A stretch of DNA of 63,899 nt from assembly GCA_001179505.1 (NCBI GenBank), contig CDMY01000510.1, positions 290,551-354,449 on the forward strand, in the 5' to 3' direction. The stretch comes from Vitrella brassicaformis CCMP3155 (taxonomy: Eukaryota; Protista; Chromerida). How positions within the stretch are numbered: position 1 is the stretch's first letter; each line of letters starts with the position of its first letter. A program made the position numbers and the translations under genes. Shown here piece after piece: positions 13,051 through 25,011 of the stretch. Under the pieces are notes generated by a model. The model had not been told where the DNA came from, ran no database searches, and saw only the letters and a program-made list of their open reading frames with translations.

Positions 13051-13712
13051 GTGGTATGGGGTATGATGCGTATGTGTACTTGGCTGCATCCACGTGATGA
13101 GATAGATGTGCTCCTGCCCTCGACGGACGCAATTGCACGACACTGTCCCCTATGTTGTTGGATTGAAGATAGCGATTGTTCCACTTGTTCATCATATGTA
13201 CACCCCCCACCTGATCATCGATCGCAACGGAATGTCATCACACCACATCCGTAAGTGTCTGTCCGCATCCCATCACATGAGTATAGCGCTGCCAAGAAAC
13301 CGCGACCATTCATCGTGTCACCGACGAATGGCGCCGTCAGCCAGCAGCGCTCCACTCATGCCATAGGGAACAGACATCAAAGAAACATTCGACGACAGAA
13401 CACCGTACCGTCTTTGCTAGCTGAGCTGTCCACACGAATGGTATGGTATTTGGTCTTCTGGCCGCCCCGCTGGGCAGATCCTGCGTCGTAATGGAATCGC
13501 ACACAACGGACAGGCAGAAGACCAAATGCCACACACACGCTACCAACACAGGGTCCTCTCTCTCACTCTCTGCCCATGTCAACACCACATGAAAAACAGG
13601 CTCATCCGTTCTCTCCCCAATCCATAAAGCAAGCATCCGAGCAAAAGCTGCTCCCACGCACACTCACATGCGTCCGTCCATCCCGCACAGCACAGCGCAG
13701 CGCAGCGCCTCG

Positions 13713-14141
13713 CTAGTGGTCCCTCCTGAGCAAGAAGTATATCCTCGTGTCGAGCTGGAGGTTCTCGAGGTGAATGCGGTCGCCGGAGAGACTCATGAGT
13801 AAGCCGCCGAAGGATGCGTAGAGGTTGACCTTCTCGTCGCCCTTCTCCTGGTACTTGAAGATCTTGCCATACATGATGTAGTCCCACATGTCCATAACGT
13901 CGCCGCCCTTGTCCCAGAAGTACTGCCCGCCCTCCACGTCCGGTGGGGCGAGTTTGTCGTTGAGTGCGATCTTGACGACCTCGTTCTCGTTGATGGGGAA
14001 GATGTCCGTGTTGATGTCGATGGTCATCTCGAGCTCCAGTGACATGCCTTCGCACTTGACGCGAGACACCTTCTCGAACTTGGAGTTGTCCACGCTCTTC
14101 ACCTTGAACGCGTCATCAAGCAGATGGGGAGATAAAGCCAT
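13713..14141 (-). CDS. RPB8: DNA-directed RNA polymerases I/II/III shared subunit RPABC3 (RPB8), intronless
   Basis: 142-aa ORF with FEKVSR, LEMTIDINTDIFP, WDYIMYGKIFKY and YASFGGLLMSLSG...LQLDTRIYFLLRR, diagnostic of RPB8/POLR2H. Confidence 0.97.
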   Translation of the reverse strand: MALSPHLLDDAFKVKSVDNSKFEKVSRVKCEGMSLELEMTIDINTDIFPINENEVVKIALNDKLAPPDVEGGQYFWDKGGDVMDMWDYIMYGKIFKYQEKGDEKVNLYASFGGLLMSLSGDRIHLENLQLDTRIYFLLRRDH

Positions 14142-14183
14142 TTCAAAGAGCTAGTGAACCGCGAGCTCAAGACCTCTGAGGTC

Positions 14184-14200
14184 TGCAAGCTTAGCTCGCA
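14184..14200. promoter_or_regulatory. Near-perfect palindrome TGCAAGCT-T-AGCTCGCA in the divergent RPB8/Sushi-gene spacer
   Basis: Inverted 8-bp half-sites with one mismatch and a 1-bp spacer, centred in a 130-bp head-to-head interval. Confidence 0.45.
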
Positions 14201-14271
14201 AGCCAATGCATGAAATGCGGAACACCAGTGCAACAATGCTTGAAGAGGGCATAACATGATCAGCGGCGAGT

Positions 14272-17200
14272 ATGCGGATGGTCTGCTTCCTTCTCATTGC
14301 ACTGCTGGGCTGCCCACCCTCTTCAAGTTTCCTCCTCGGCCATCTTGCCAGCTTCTTCCGGCACCACAACCACACGCAGCACACTGCTGCAGAGGAGCCC
14401 ATCAACCGCACAAACGTCCTTGCTGCTGTGAGCCGCCATGTGAATTGGGCTTTGCAGAGGCTGTGGTTCGATGACTCTCAAGGGGCCGAGGGGCTACAGG
14501 CAGACTCTGTGTCGGCTCAGAACAGCAGCGACGAGGACACGTCTACAGGTGAACACGCGTCCGAGGACCTATCTCTAAGGCCTGGCCATCAGGGCAGGAG
14601 GGCATTCGGAGCTGTGCCCTCTCTCCTGCAAATCGGACACAGAGGTGAGGAAGGCCATGCATGGAGGGACAAAACGATTGACTGACTCACTCATGTCATG
14701 TATGTGTGATACTACATTCTCTGTATGTAATGCTCAGCGAGGCGTGCTCGGGGATGGAGGAAGCTGGTGCAACAGACACACAGGCCTGATGTGACGGAGC
14801 GACAGTGCAGCAGCATGATGGACGAGGGGCTCACTTACGTTGGCCAGCGGGTGTTCGTCAGGCGGGGTGAGCGCCGCAATGGTGTGATCCGGTGGAAGAA
14901 CTACAAGAGGGTCAGCAGCCTGGATGCATCGCTGGTGCCGAATGACACGGCCAGGGTACCCATATTCTCTGCGGGGTGAGTTGAGTGAGAGAGGGAAAGA
15001 CAACCGACCGCTATTGGCCAAAGACTGTTAAATTCAGATTGGGTGTCACCTTCCCTCTTTCACCACACCACATTCCCTCAAGACACAGGCGGCATGTTTG
15101 TCTGTGCTGAGTACCCGAGACCTCGATGGGGACGAGGGCTGGACGATATTTGTGCTCTTCAGCACGCCCAGCCCCTCCTCCCTGGCATCAGTGTTACTGG
15201 ACAGGACCACGGGGCTCCAGGTGGTCGTGCAGAGGGATAAGGGCGAAGGGCAAGGGGGGCCGGTGCATTTTGGCTTGCGAGTGGGCAACGATTCTGTGGT
15301 GGTGCCCACATCCACTGACCTCCCTGTGATGCACGCTATCGTCATCCGGTTGGTGCCAGACCCAACAGACACACCGAAGCTCAGAGTATGAAGGGAAAAG
15401 AAGAGCGACAAACGCCACAAAGGCCAAGTAAGTGTGCTGCCGTTATTTCTGTAGGTGTGGGTCTATCGTGAGAGATCCCTCTTGACGGCAGAGGAGGGCG
15501 ACTGGATCACAGACAGCCGTGCGATTGATTCTCTCCACCGGCGGGGGCCATTCGTTGTCGGATGTGACCTTTACGGCCACCATTGCCTCCACGGTATGTC
15601 TTACACACAACACAGAAGAACGAGATAGTCCGCGGGATAGCGTCCACGTGATTCGATCAGGTTCCATGCGGTCGCTAATGGTCCGTTTCCGTCCCTTGAC
15701 TGGTGACCAAGTCATCAAAGGGATGGACGAAATGGACGCCATTCTAGGTATGTATGAGAATGAATATCGAAGAGAATTCGCGGGAAAGAGAGATTTTTGA
15801 CCTCTTTCTTTTCGTTGTCCTGTCCCTTTTCAGGCCGATCTGGTTACTGCGGCAACGGCGTTGTAGACGGAGGGGAGGAGTGCGACACGCCAGAAGATGA
15901 CGGGACGTGCTCCATCGGATGCAAAAGTGACAGACAGACGACACATGCAGAGACCCCAGATACATACACCAATGATATATATGGGGTTGTATCAGAGTTG
16001 TGTGAGCCATGGTTTGAGTACGAGGCCGTCCACCAGCTGAATCGGCACTACATAGAGCTTGAGGGCCCAAAAACGACGCCAACACGGATGCCGGGCGAGA
16101 CACGGACACTGCGGTGCCATCTCGGATACAGCCCCGGACATCGGCATACGCACACGCAGACGATCGTGTGCGAGCACGGCAGGTGGACGCCGCCGTCGCT
16201 CAACTGCAGACGTAGGCCTGAAGTCAGGCCAATCCATTCTCTCTGCGAGTCACCTCCCTTGTTGCTTGCAGGTGACTTCGCCTTGTCCTATCAGCTGATA
16301 GCTCCCCGTGACCTGCATGTCTCCAACCACACGCACGACAAGCGGCATGGCACAGTGGTGGAGGTGTCATGTCGCGAAGGGCTGCAGCTGGGCGAGGGCG
16401 TCCCGAGCGGCCCCCGGCACGTCAAGTGCATTGACGGAGAGTGGACCAGTCCGGGACTCCAATGCTTCGGTCAGTGAGCAGCTCTGACATCGATGACAGA
16501 CAGCACAGCACACACCAGATTCCTTTTTCTCAGCTTCGTGTGGGGGGTATCCTGACCTTGGTCCCCACTACCGCATCGAGGGTGGGTCAGGCAGCGTACG
16601 GCATGGTGCCGTGCGGACTGTGACGTGCAGAGAGCCCTACCGGTCGACATCAGGCGCTGACAGCGCTGTCGTGTACTGCTCACACGGCCGATGGACAGAG
16701 CTGGACCTCAGCTGCGAAGGTGAGTGAGTACCACGGATCAGCAATTGATTCCCATTGACGCTGCTTGTTCTGCAGCCCCGTGTCCGCGGTACGAGGCCCC
16801 GTCACCCCCTTGCGTGGTTGTCAACACGTCTCGGGCCAACCACACCAGCCGCCCGCCGAACATGCACCTGGGTGACGTGAGGCATCAGGGGGGCTGGATA
16901 GAGATCGGCTGTGACAGGCGGATCTCCGCAGCATCGTGTCACAAATTCGGCCAGGACTGCGCGGCCGACCCGCAGCGGATTTGGTGTTTGGGGGGCAGGT
17001 GGCAAAAACTGACGCTCTCATGCCACTGTAAGCCATCCGCTACTGCTGCATCCTAATGATGAGTCCTGTAGCCCCTCCCTCTGTGCGTCTGTCTGCAGAC
17101 AACTGTCCTGGTTTGGAGGACTTCAAGATCACCAACACCCGTGCGCGGCCGGACCTTTCTTGGCCCCGCTACACTCTCAAGTACGGCGGCAACCGCCATG

Positions 17201-20200
17201 GTGACGTGACTGACCTCACCTGCAGCGACGGATACGTGCCGGTCAACCGAGACATGACTGCTCAGCAGGTCCGGTGCTGGGAAGGCACTTATGACGTCAT
17301 TCGTCTAGACTGCAGGGGTCAGCTAATGAGAGAGATAGAGAGATAGAGAGAGAGAGAGAGGCAAAGGTGTGACGCAAGTGTGTACGCCATGTGTGTGGTG
17401 TGGTGTGGTGTGGTGTGCAGCCGAGTGTTTGTCGTCGGTGCCGCTTCCTCTGCGAGGCTACGTGCAGATCGGCAGTGACATCCGGCACGGCAGCCGTCGT
17501 GTGGTGCAGTGTGACGAGGGTGAGGGCTACGGCAGCATCATTCCCAACATGACGCAGGAGACGCTCTACTGCAGCGATGGATACTGGTCCCCACACTCAC
17601 TCCAATGCAGAGGTCGGTGGGTGACAAATTTCATGGATGCACGGACGTCTCAGTCGCACCGTCGTGTGGTCTCTGTGCTGTGTGCTGGCTGTGTGTGATT
17701 GATTTGTCTGTCTGCAGTGTGGTGTGAGAGTCAGTACCTGCAGGAAATTTGCCAACCTGAGCAGGACGAGTGCACAGGCCCCTACCGGTTCGAGCCGCCT
17801 CTCACCATCGCCGACACATATCCCTCGCAATTTTCAGTCGACGTGCGGTGAGGATTCTTCAGTGCTGCCTGCATGCCTGTATCTCACTGGGCTCGTGTGT
17901 CAGGTGCAATGACGCGGAGGGCTATGTGCCGACGTCCTTCGAGCCCACCGGCAACACCTCCCAGATTGACACGACAGAGACGCTCAGGTGTCTCGGCGAC
18001 CCTGCAAACCCTTCACACAGCTGGTCGGACCTCACTCTACAATGCGCTGGTGAGCAGATCGTGTAATGCGAGAGACAAAGTAAGTGATTTTGCTGTTGTG
18101 TCTTTTCTCCCAGCCCCCTGCGTGACGGATCACCTGCTGCGTCTCGGGCAGTCGATTGTGCAGCGGTGGATATACGCGTCAGAAGAAACGCGGGTCATCA
18201 ACGGCAGGCTCACTGGCGACCAGGAGATCCCTTCTTCCGTCTACCACAACGCCCGGGTGGAGCTGACGTGCGCTGAGGGTTTCAACAGCAGGTTCCTCAA
18301 TGGCAGTGGGTATCCGACGAGACAGAGGTCGCTGGTAGAGTGTCGGAACGGCCAGTGGACAGACGTCGAGCTGGAATGTGCCGGTGGGTGGGCTCGAAAG
18401 GGGGGCTCTTGTCTTGTCTGTCATGTGTGTGTCTCTCTCTATTGTGTGGTTGTTGCTGCCAGCCTCCTGCAAGGAGTATGAGTATCCCGGTGCTGGGTAT
18501 GAAGTGCAAGAGCTCCCCTACATTGGGGCCCTCTTCCACGGCGCTCGCCGGGTGCTGCGGTGCGACCCACTTGTGGCCTCCGCTGCTGGAAACACGACTG
18601 AGGATTCTCTGGTGTGCGTCAACGGGGTCTGGACACGAAAGACCATCACATGCAAAAGTAGGTCTGCCCCACGAACACACGAGAAACAGACAGCACATTG
18701 CTTGATGTCATATGCATTGACGTTGTGAGTGTGCAGGGAGCTGAGGTCCCTTCCCGACTCTGCTGGCTTCCCGCTATGTCGTTCGTCACGTCAAGGCTGG
18801 TGTGGGTGTGGACCCCCTCACGAGCCACCAGGCCGAGTTCCACATCAGCTGCCGTCGGCACTTCTCGCCATCGACAGGCGACAGCCCTTCCACAGTGCGG
18901 TGTGAGGACGGCAAGTGGACAGACCTTATTCTCATCTGCATGAGTAAGAAACTTGGACGGCTCTCACCCCGTCGGGCACATGAGGGAATGTGTGTGTGTA
19001 TGTGTCTGTGTCTATCTGTCACGCCAGGGGATTGCGAGAGAGCTCCTCACTTCTCCTCCAAGTACAGTGTGGAAAAGGTGTGGCCCCTGTCTGATGATGA
19101 AGGCGGCCCGAGCTGGCCACACGGCAGCCAGATCAACGTCACGTGCTCTTACCACCATGCACCCGAGTACCACCGTGAAGCGCATGCAGCTTCTTATGAG
19201 CTGCTGGAGTGTCTCGATGGATCCTTCGCCCACAGCATGCTTCGCTGCGGACGTGAGACTGCCCGCCCCACGTCTAACCAATGAATGCGAGACAGGCAAT
19301 AAGCGCTGCCCTGCCTGTGTGGTGTGAGTGTCTCTGCAGGTGTGTGTGCATCTGACGTGCCTGAGTCGCGGGGCTATGTGATAGACTCACCGGACAGACA
19401 TACACACTGGCCAATGGCCGGCGAGGTGGCCCCGGGTGTGTCGAGGAGAATCCGGTGTGACAATACCAAGAGATACTTCCCTGTGGAGGGAAGTGACCAT
19501 CAAAAGGCTGAGGAGGACACAATCCAATGCGTTGACGGCACCTGGACCGCCGCATCCATTTTCTGCCGACGTACGTGAGAAGGCAGACCTAACTGGACAC
19601 TTTGACTGTCAGTGCATATACGCTTACCGTTCCCTTCATCTTTCTGTGGTGAGGCTCTTGTCCCTTCCTTTATCTTGCTGCTGACGAGAACGCCCCTTCC
19701 CGGCCCAATACCCATTACGTCCCCTACCAATACGACGTGGCCAGCCCCCACAACACCACCGCCGACCTCTTCTCCACCGCTGCATTCGGTGAGGGCATCG
19801 ATGTTGCGACATTACCTCGTCATGGCTCCGAGGTGACCCTCAAGTGCCGTTCTTCTGACCTTCCTGGCGAGTCGTGGACACCAGCATATTCCGACAAGGA
19901 TGCAGCAGGTGTAACGGTGACGATCAGGTGCACTGATGGGGCATGGTCGCCCATCACGCTATCTGGCGCGAGTAAGGAAATATAAGAGACAAGACAGGTG
20001 AAGCGCGGTTGTCTCGCCAATGCGGTCGCTTGTTCAGAGGATTGCACTACGGATGATCTCAAGGAGAGGCTTGGACGACTGATGGCCATGCATGCCAGTG
20101 AAGACACTGCAGGCGAAGGAGGCGAGGCACTGGATACGGAGAAGTCCCATCGGTTGAGCATGGGGAGCGTGTCATCGTTGCCTGCGGGGACAATGCCTCC

Positions 20201-23200
20201 TACCCCGTCGACTGCCACCAAGAGACATCACTGCCATCGGATGAGAGAGAAGAGATCACGTGCACCAACGGCACGTTTGCACCCATAACCCTCTCTTGCA
20301 GCGGTACGCATATCGGCACAAACGGCGGGGCAAATTCATTGGCCATACATACATGTCTCCTGTTTCTCGTACAGCTGACTGCGACATGAGCAATCTCCGT
20401 CGGTGGCTTTCATCCTTCGATGGCTACTACGCGATCGACCACATCGCCCCTCCCTCCTTTGCGGACTCAGTTATGGTGCCCACAGGCACATGCGTCACGG
20501 TGGCGTGCGAGTTGGCACTGACGTCACCAGAGGGTGAGCTGGGGAAGGGCCGACAAACATACGCCATATGAGGGACGACTTCCCCCACGACGATTCGGTG
20601 CGACAACGGCCACTTCGAGACACTAGACCTCTTCTGTGCACGTGAGCACATCTTGCCAAGAGGAGCAGACACAAACACTATGCCTATTGTCATTCTGTTT
20701 CAGAGGAGTGCGGCCCTCTCGAGATCGATCCGCACCGCTATTCCGCCCTCCTGAAGGAGTCCATGCAGGCCGTGGGTCCCTCAAACCCCCCCGAGACGGA
20801 GATCCTGGTCAGGTGTCAGGATGGCTTCTCATCTGCTGGGGTCGAGGCTGACTCATACACAACGGTGGAGTGCAATGACGGCACGTGGTCGCCCCTGATG
20901 ATCAATTGCCAGCGTGAGACATGAAGGGGGGGGATGTGGGGATATGCAAAGTGCTCTTGTACCGGGCTGCCTGCAGAGGATTGTGGAGAGTTCTCATCAC
21001 TCGAGCCTGTTGCCGCTTACACGATTGAAGGCAGTGGAGTGCATCACGCGGCCACACGGTCGATATCGTGCGCTGAGGGCTATTCCACCGGTGCTGCGGT
21101 GTCGCCAACCCAAAGTGAGTCCCGCTGCGTCGACGGTGTCTGGTCGCCAACTGATCTTATCTGCTACGGTAGGCCAGATGATAGAAGGCATTGTGCACTC
21201 TGTGGCCGATTTCCTTCAGCTGACTGCGACGCGTTTGTGGGTGGTGCGCCGCTGGACGTCAGCCGCCTGGCACTCACCAAGGGCACACAACGTGAGATCC
21301 AGCCCAGAGCATGGCTACAGAATCACGGCTGTGCTTTGTATGGCGGCTGCAGGTCTAATGACCGAGCCTCAGCATCACGGCACTCGCCTGAAGCTACGGT
21401 GCAGGGAGGAGGTCTTGTACCTCTTTCAGGGCATGAGGGGCGCATCCATGGAGTTTGTCTGCACCGATGGTCGCTGGAACATCTCGGATGAGGAGAGATC
21501 CAACGTCGGCATCCTTAAGTGCAAAAGTAAGACAACTGAGTGGGTCAGTCAGGTGCCCTTCCGTCCAAGGGCAACCAACAAATGCATATGTGCCCTTAAT
21601 TGAATCTGTCCGTCCGCCAGAGGCCTGTCCCCCGATCCGAGAGGCCCTCGCTCTGTCGGAGGAGAAAGGCTATCGCATCCTCAACGACGAAGAGGAGAAA
21701 TGGAACTTCCACGGCACACAGAGGAGTGTCACCTGTCGAGACACATTCTCACCCGTAAACATATCGCAAACCGTACGAACCAGACCGTCCCTCGCTCAGC
21801 TGCTGTCTTGCATTTGGTCTGTCTGTCTGTGTTGTGTATAGGACGTGGTGGCTGGCACCAACATGACGATAGACATCATCACATGCGCAGAGGGCTCATG
21901 GATCGGACGACACATACACTGCAGAGGTCCGTGCCGTGCAGTGCATGCGCGTGTGTCCTGTCCAACAGCAATGGGTGTTCATCTCATCTTTGCTCCTCCC
22001 CTCCCTCCCCTGTGTCTCTCTGCCCTTGCAGCCAAATGTCCGGAGTACGAGCCACCAGACCATGATGCGTACCTTGTGACGAGCCACATACCGGCCAGTG
22101 AGGTCTACAAGCCAAAGAAAGGGAGGCTGGTCAGCCACGGAACCATGAGACGAGTCGAATGCAGACCGCACAGGTAAGTGTGGTGTGATCATGAAAAAGA
22201 AAGCTCGTGTCTTCGACTGCGCAAGGGAAGCGAAGCCATCCACTCACTGTCTCGTGCCTTTCTTCCAGAAATAAGGAGCACCACAGTATGGGTTACTTCG
22301 CTGCCAACGCTTCCCACCTGCCCGAGAACCCACACACGGGGGAGTACTTCGGCGTGGTGCAGTGCCTCGGCGGCACGTGGACAGCACTACCTATCAGATG
22401 CGAAAGTAAGAAGGCACACCACGCAGCCAGCACCTTCCATTCACACACTCAGCTAAGTGCATACTTGATTGATTCAGAGGTGTGCCCGACTTCGATTGAG
22501 GCTTTCCTGTTCGACCGCTGTGTGGCCGTCCACACGTCCGTCGGCCCTCTAGACACAGGCGAGCCGTGCTACCAGGCCGCAAGGGGCAATCACAAAGATA
22601 AACGCGAATGCGGCATCAAGCAGTGCGAGTCTCGCTCGCCCTATCGCATTTTGAGGACTATCGCCCAGCGTGACGAGAGCACCGAGAAGCTGGTGCCGCC
22701 AGACAAGCAGCGCTCAGCCTTGATGGCAAGAAAGGTATGAGAGTGGGCCTCACCGTGTTGTTATTACCTTCATTTATCCATCAGCCGGGCGACGTTCATC
22801 TGGTTGTGTGCGACGAGAAGTCTGGCTACGCCCCCGTCTACCCCAACGACGATGGGTTCTTGAGCGGCCACACAGCCTCCCATGATTCACTGGTCGCCAA
22901 GGTGCAATGCGAGGACGGTCACTGAAGGGGGCTGACATTCACATGCAAACGTAAGCGACAACAGGCAGCAAAGGGAAAAGGGCAGCCCCGTTTGGATCCC
23001 TGTGGCCTTTCAGGCGGCTGCAAAGGCTCGTTTGACATGTACAGCTATCCAGCACTGCGGCATCACCTTCTCTCTGCATCGCAGCCGTCACCAGTGAACT
23101 GCCAGAATCATCACGGTTTGGAGATCGCTGTCCCGCGCCAGCACGGCCACAGGAAGACGCCGCACAAACGCCATAAGCACTCTCCCTTCCTGGTCAAGCA

Positions 23201-24910
23201 GCACAGACTGCCGTCTCACGTGAATCAGAGGCGAAGGACCGGCACACGGAGACGCAAAGACGGCGGGAGCCAGTCATCCCTTCTACTCCGCAGCCCTGCC
23301 CCACTGCTTGTCCCCGTACTGCTGTCCAAGAGCAGCGTTGAGGCTTTGCCGAGTGGCGCATTCTTCCCTTTGATATTGAGCGGTCATACGAACCACAGCA
23401 GCTCACCCGTTGGGCTGGTCTTTCTCGCATCGGAGAGACATGATGGTTGGCCACGATGGCGGGTTCTTTCTCTGCCAGCAGATGCGGATGTGCCATTGAC
23501 GATCATTACGAATTCTGGTCGCTTCGAGGTCTCTCCGCTGCTTGGGGAACATGGGGCTGCTGTCCTGAGGTGTCATGTGCCTGCCAGACAGGACCATCAT
23601 GAGGGAGGCACCGATGGACTAGGCCGATTTATGCTTGAAGGCCGGGGCATCCCGCCACTGCTGCAGAAGCTGCAGTGCGAGGGAGGTCCGGGAGAGATCG
23701 CTGGCGAGAGAATTATCGAGGCGATAAGGCATGAGGGGTCTCTGGGAGCGCACTCTCTTCTTCCTGTGTCACTGCGCTGGCGGCCAAGAGAGGCTCACAA
23801 GGGGCACAAAACCTCGCTGTTGACTGGATGGGTGGTCAGGAGAGACGGTCTGACGTCGCATTTGCTGTCCTCGAGCACTGATTGACGATATCGAGGCTAT
23901 ACAAGACGCTCCATGCACTCCACAGACGCCGATCGCCTGCGTCTGGAGACCCCCCATGAGAATGGGAGGATTCACATTGGCCTCTGTCGATTGATGTTGT
24001 CGGCCAGCGGCGCTTCGACTGGCGTCCGGAGGGCAGCGGGCTGTTCAGCACTTCTCTGCTGCTCAGTTTGTGGCTTGCCTCTGTGTTGGCTGTCGATGAA
24101 GCGCTTGGGAGGGCTTACCAGACCCTGGTACACAAGAATTACCGCGGAAACCATGCAAATGGGACACTTACCGCACTGGAAATCAATGTTGAAAGGCGTT
24201 CGCTGCTGCTGAGAGAGATTCTCGGGCATGAGGCTCTTATTGGGATCGCCTTCCCACCAGCACCGACCGGTCCCGAGTCTTTATCTGCTCTTCAAGTCTC
24301 ATTCTCCCTTTCAAGTGAGTGTCTCTCACTAGTAAATGAAAGGATGGGTCACTCTCTGTCCACTGTATATATCGGTCGATACGCATCGCATCAGCGAGTC
24401 CGACCAACCCGACCGCGGACCGGAGTGTGTATAGCCACCAGCCTGTCTCGTTTGTGGAATTGAGTAACAGAGCCGGCCCATTGGACGATGCAAAGCTAGC
24501 CAAAAGGTGAGACAGGGAGACATGACATGAGCCAAAGATCCTTCCTTCGTATCATCCTTTTGTCTATGCATCATCCATACAGGAATGTTCTCGTTGGTAT
24601 GCCGTTCGGTGCGATGTGCGAGACATGGAAGCGTTATGGCCGCAACCTCATGCCAGCCGCACACAAATGGCGTATATGGGGCCCCGGCTGCTGCGATCCA
24701 ACCAACTGTTGGAAGGGGCGTGACGTGGCTAACAAGCGCGCCCTGTGTTCTCACCGCTTATACGGTGATGGGACTCATGTTGCCATCGAGAGTGGGGAGT
24801 TTCAATGGAGCGCCACGGCGGATGGACGGCCCTTTAATGTGACTACCAAGGACTCAAGTGTGGCTTATGCTATGTGTGTGGGCGGCAAATGGCACGTCCC
24901 TTCAGTATAG
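14272..24910 (+). CDS. Giant secreted protein: signal peptide, LamG/ConA-like domain, Myxococcus-type Cys-rich repeat, ~22 tandem Sushi/CCP-like modules; 3' half carries apparent nonsense/frame lesions
   Basis: Signal peptide MRMVCFLLIALLG; LamG-like WTIFVLF...FVVGC...GSMRSLMVRFRPLTGDQV (about 15040-15748); CGNGVVDGGEECD (about 15845-15885); then repeated exons of pattern xxC...Y...HG...C...C.(D/N)G.W...L.C from 15995 to about 24910. The true 3' end is uncertain. Confidence 0.8.
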
Positions 24911-25011
24911 ATGTCTGGAAGTGGAAACAGCATTGAGGAGACAGCAACGTGGCCAAGAGATGTCCGAGAGGCACATCGTTTGTCTACCCATCCATCCATC
25001 CATCCAGCTGT

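Noticed and set aside
21291-21350. Apparent frameshift in Sushi module 18
   Set aside because: Explained by an ordinary 60-nt gtgaga…ctgcag intron.
18742-22925. Genome-wide reassignment of UGA (to Trp or Cys) as in some alveolates
   Set aside because: Other genes here terminate normally at TGA (818, 13048, 30248, 56649), use TGG for Trp, and show no internal stops; the two TGAs replace different residues.
22923-22925. Selenocysteine at this TGA
   Set aside because: It aligns with the conserved Trp, not Cys. Sec is only conceivable for 18742, and I could not identify a SECIS by eye.
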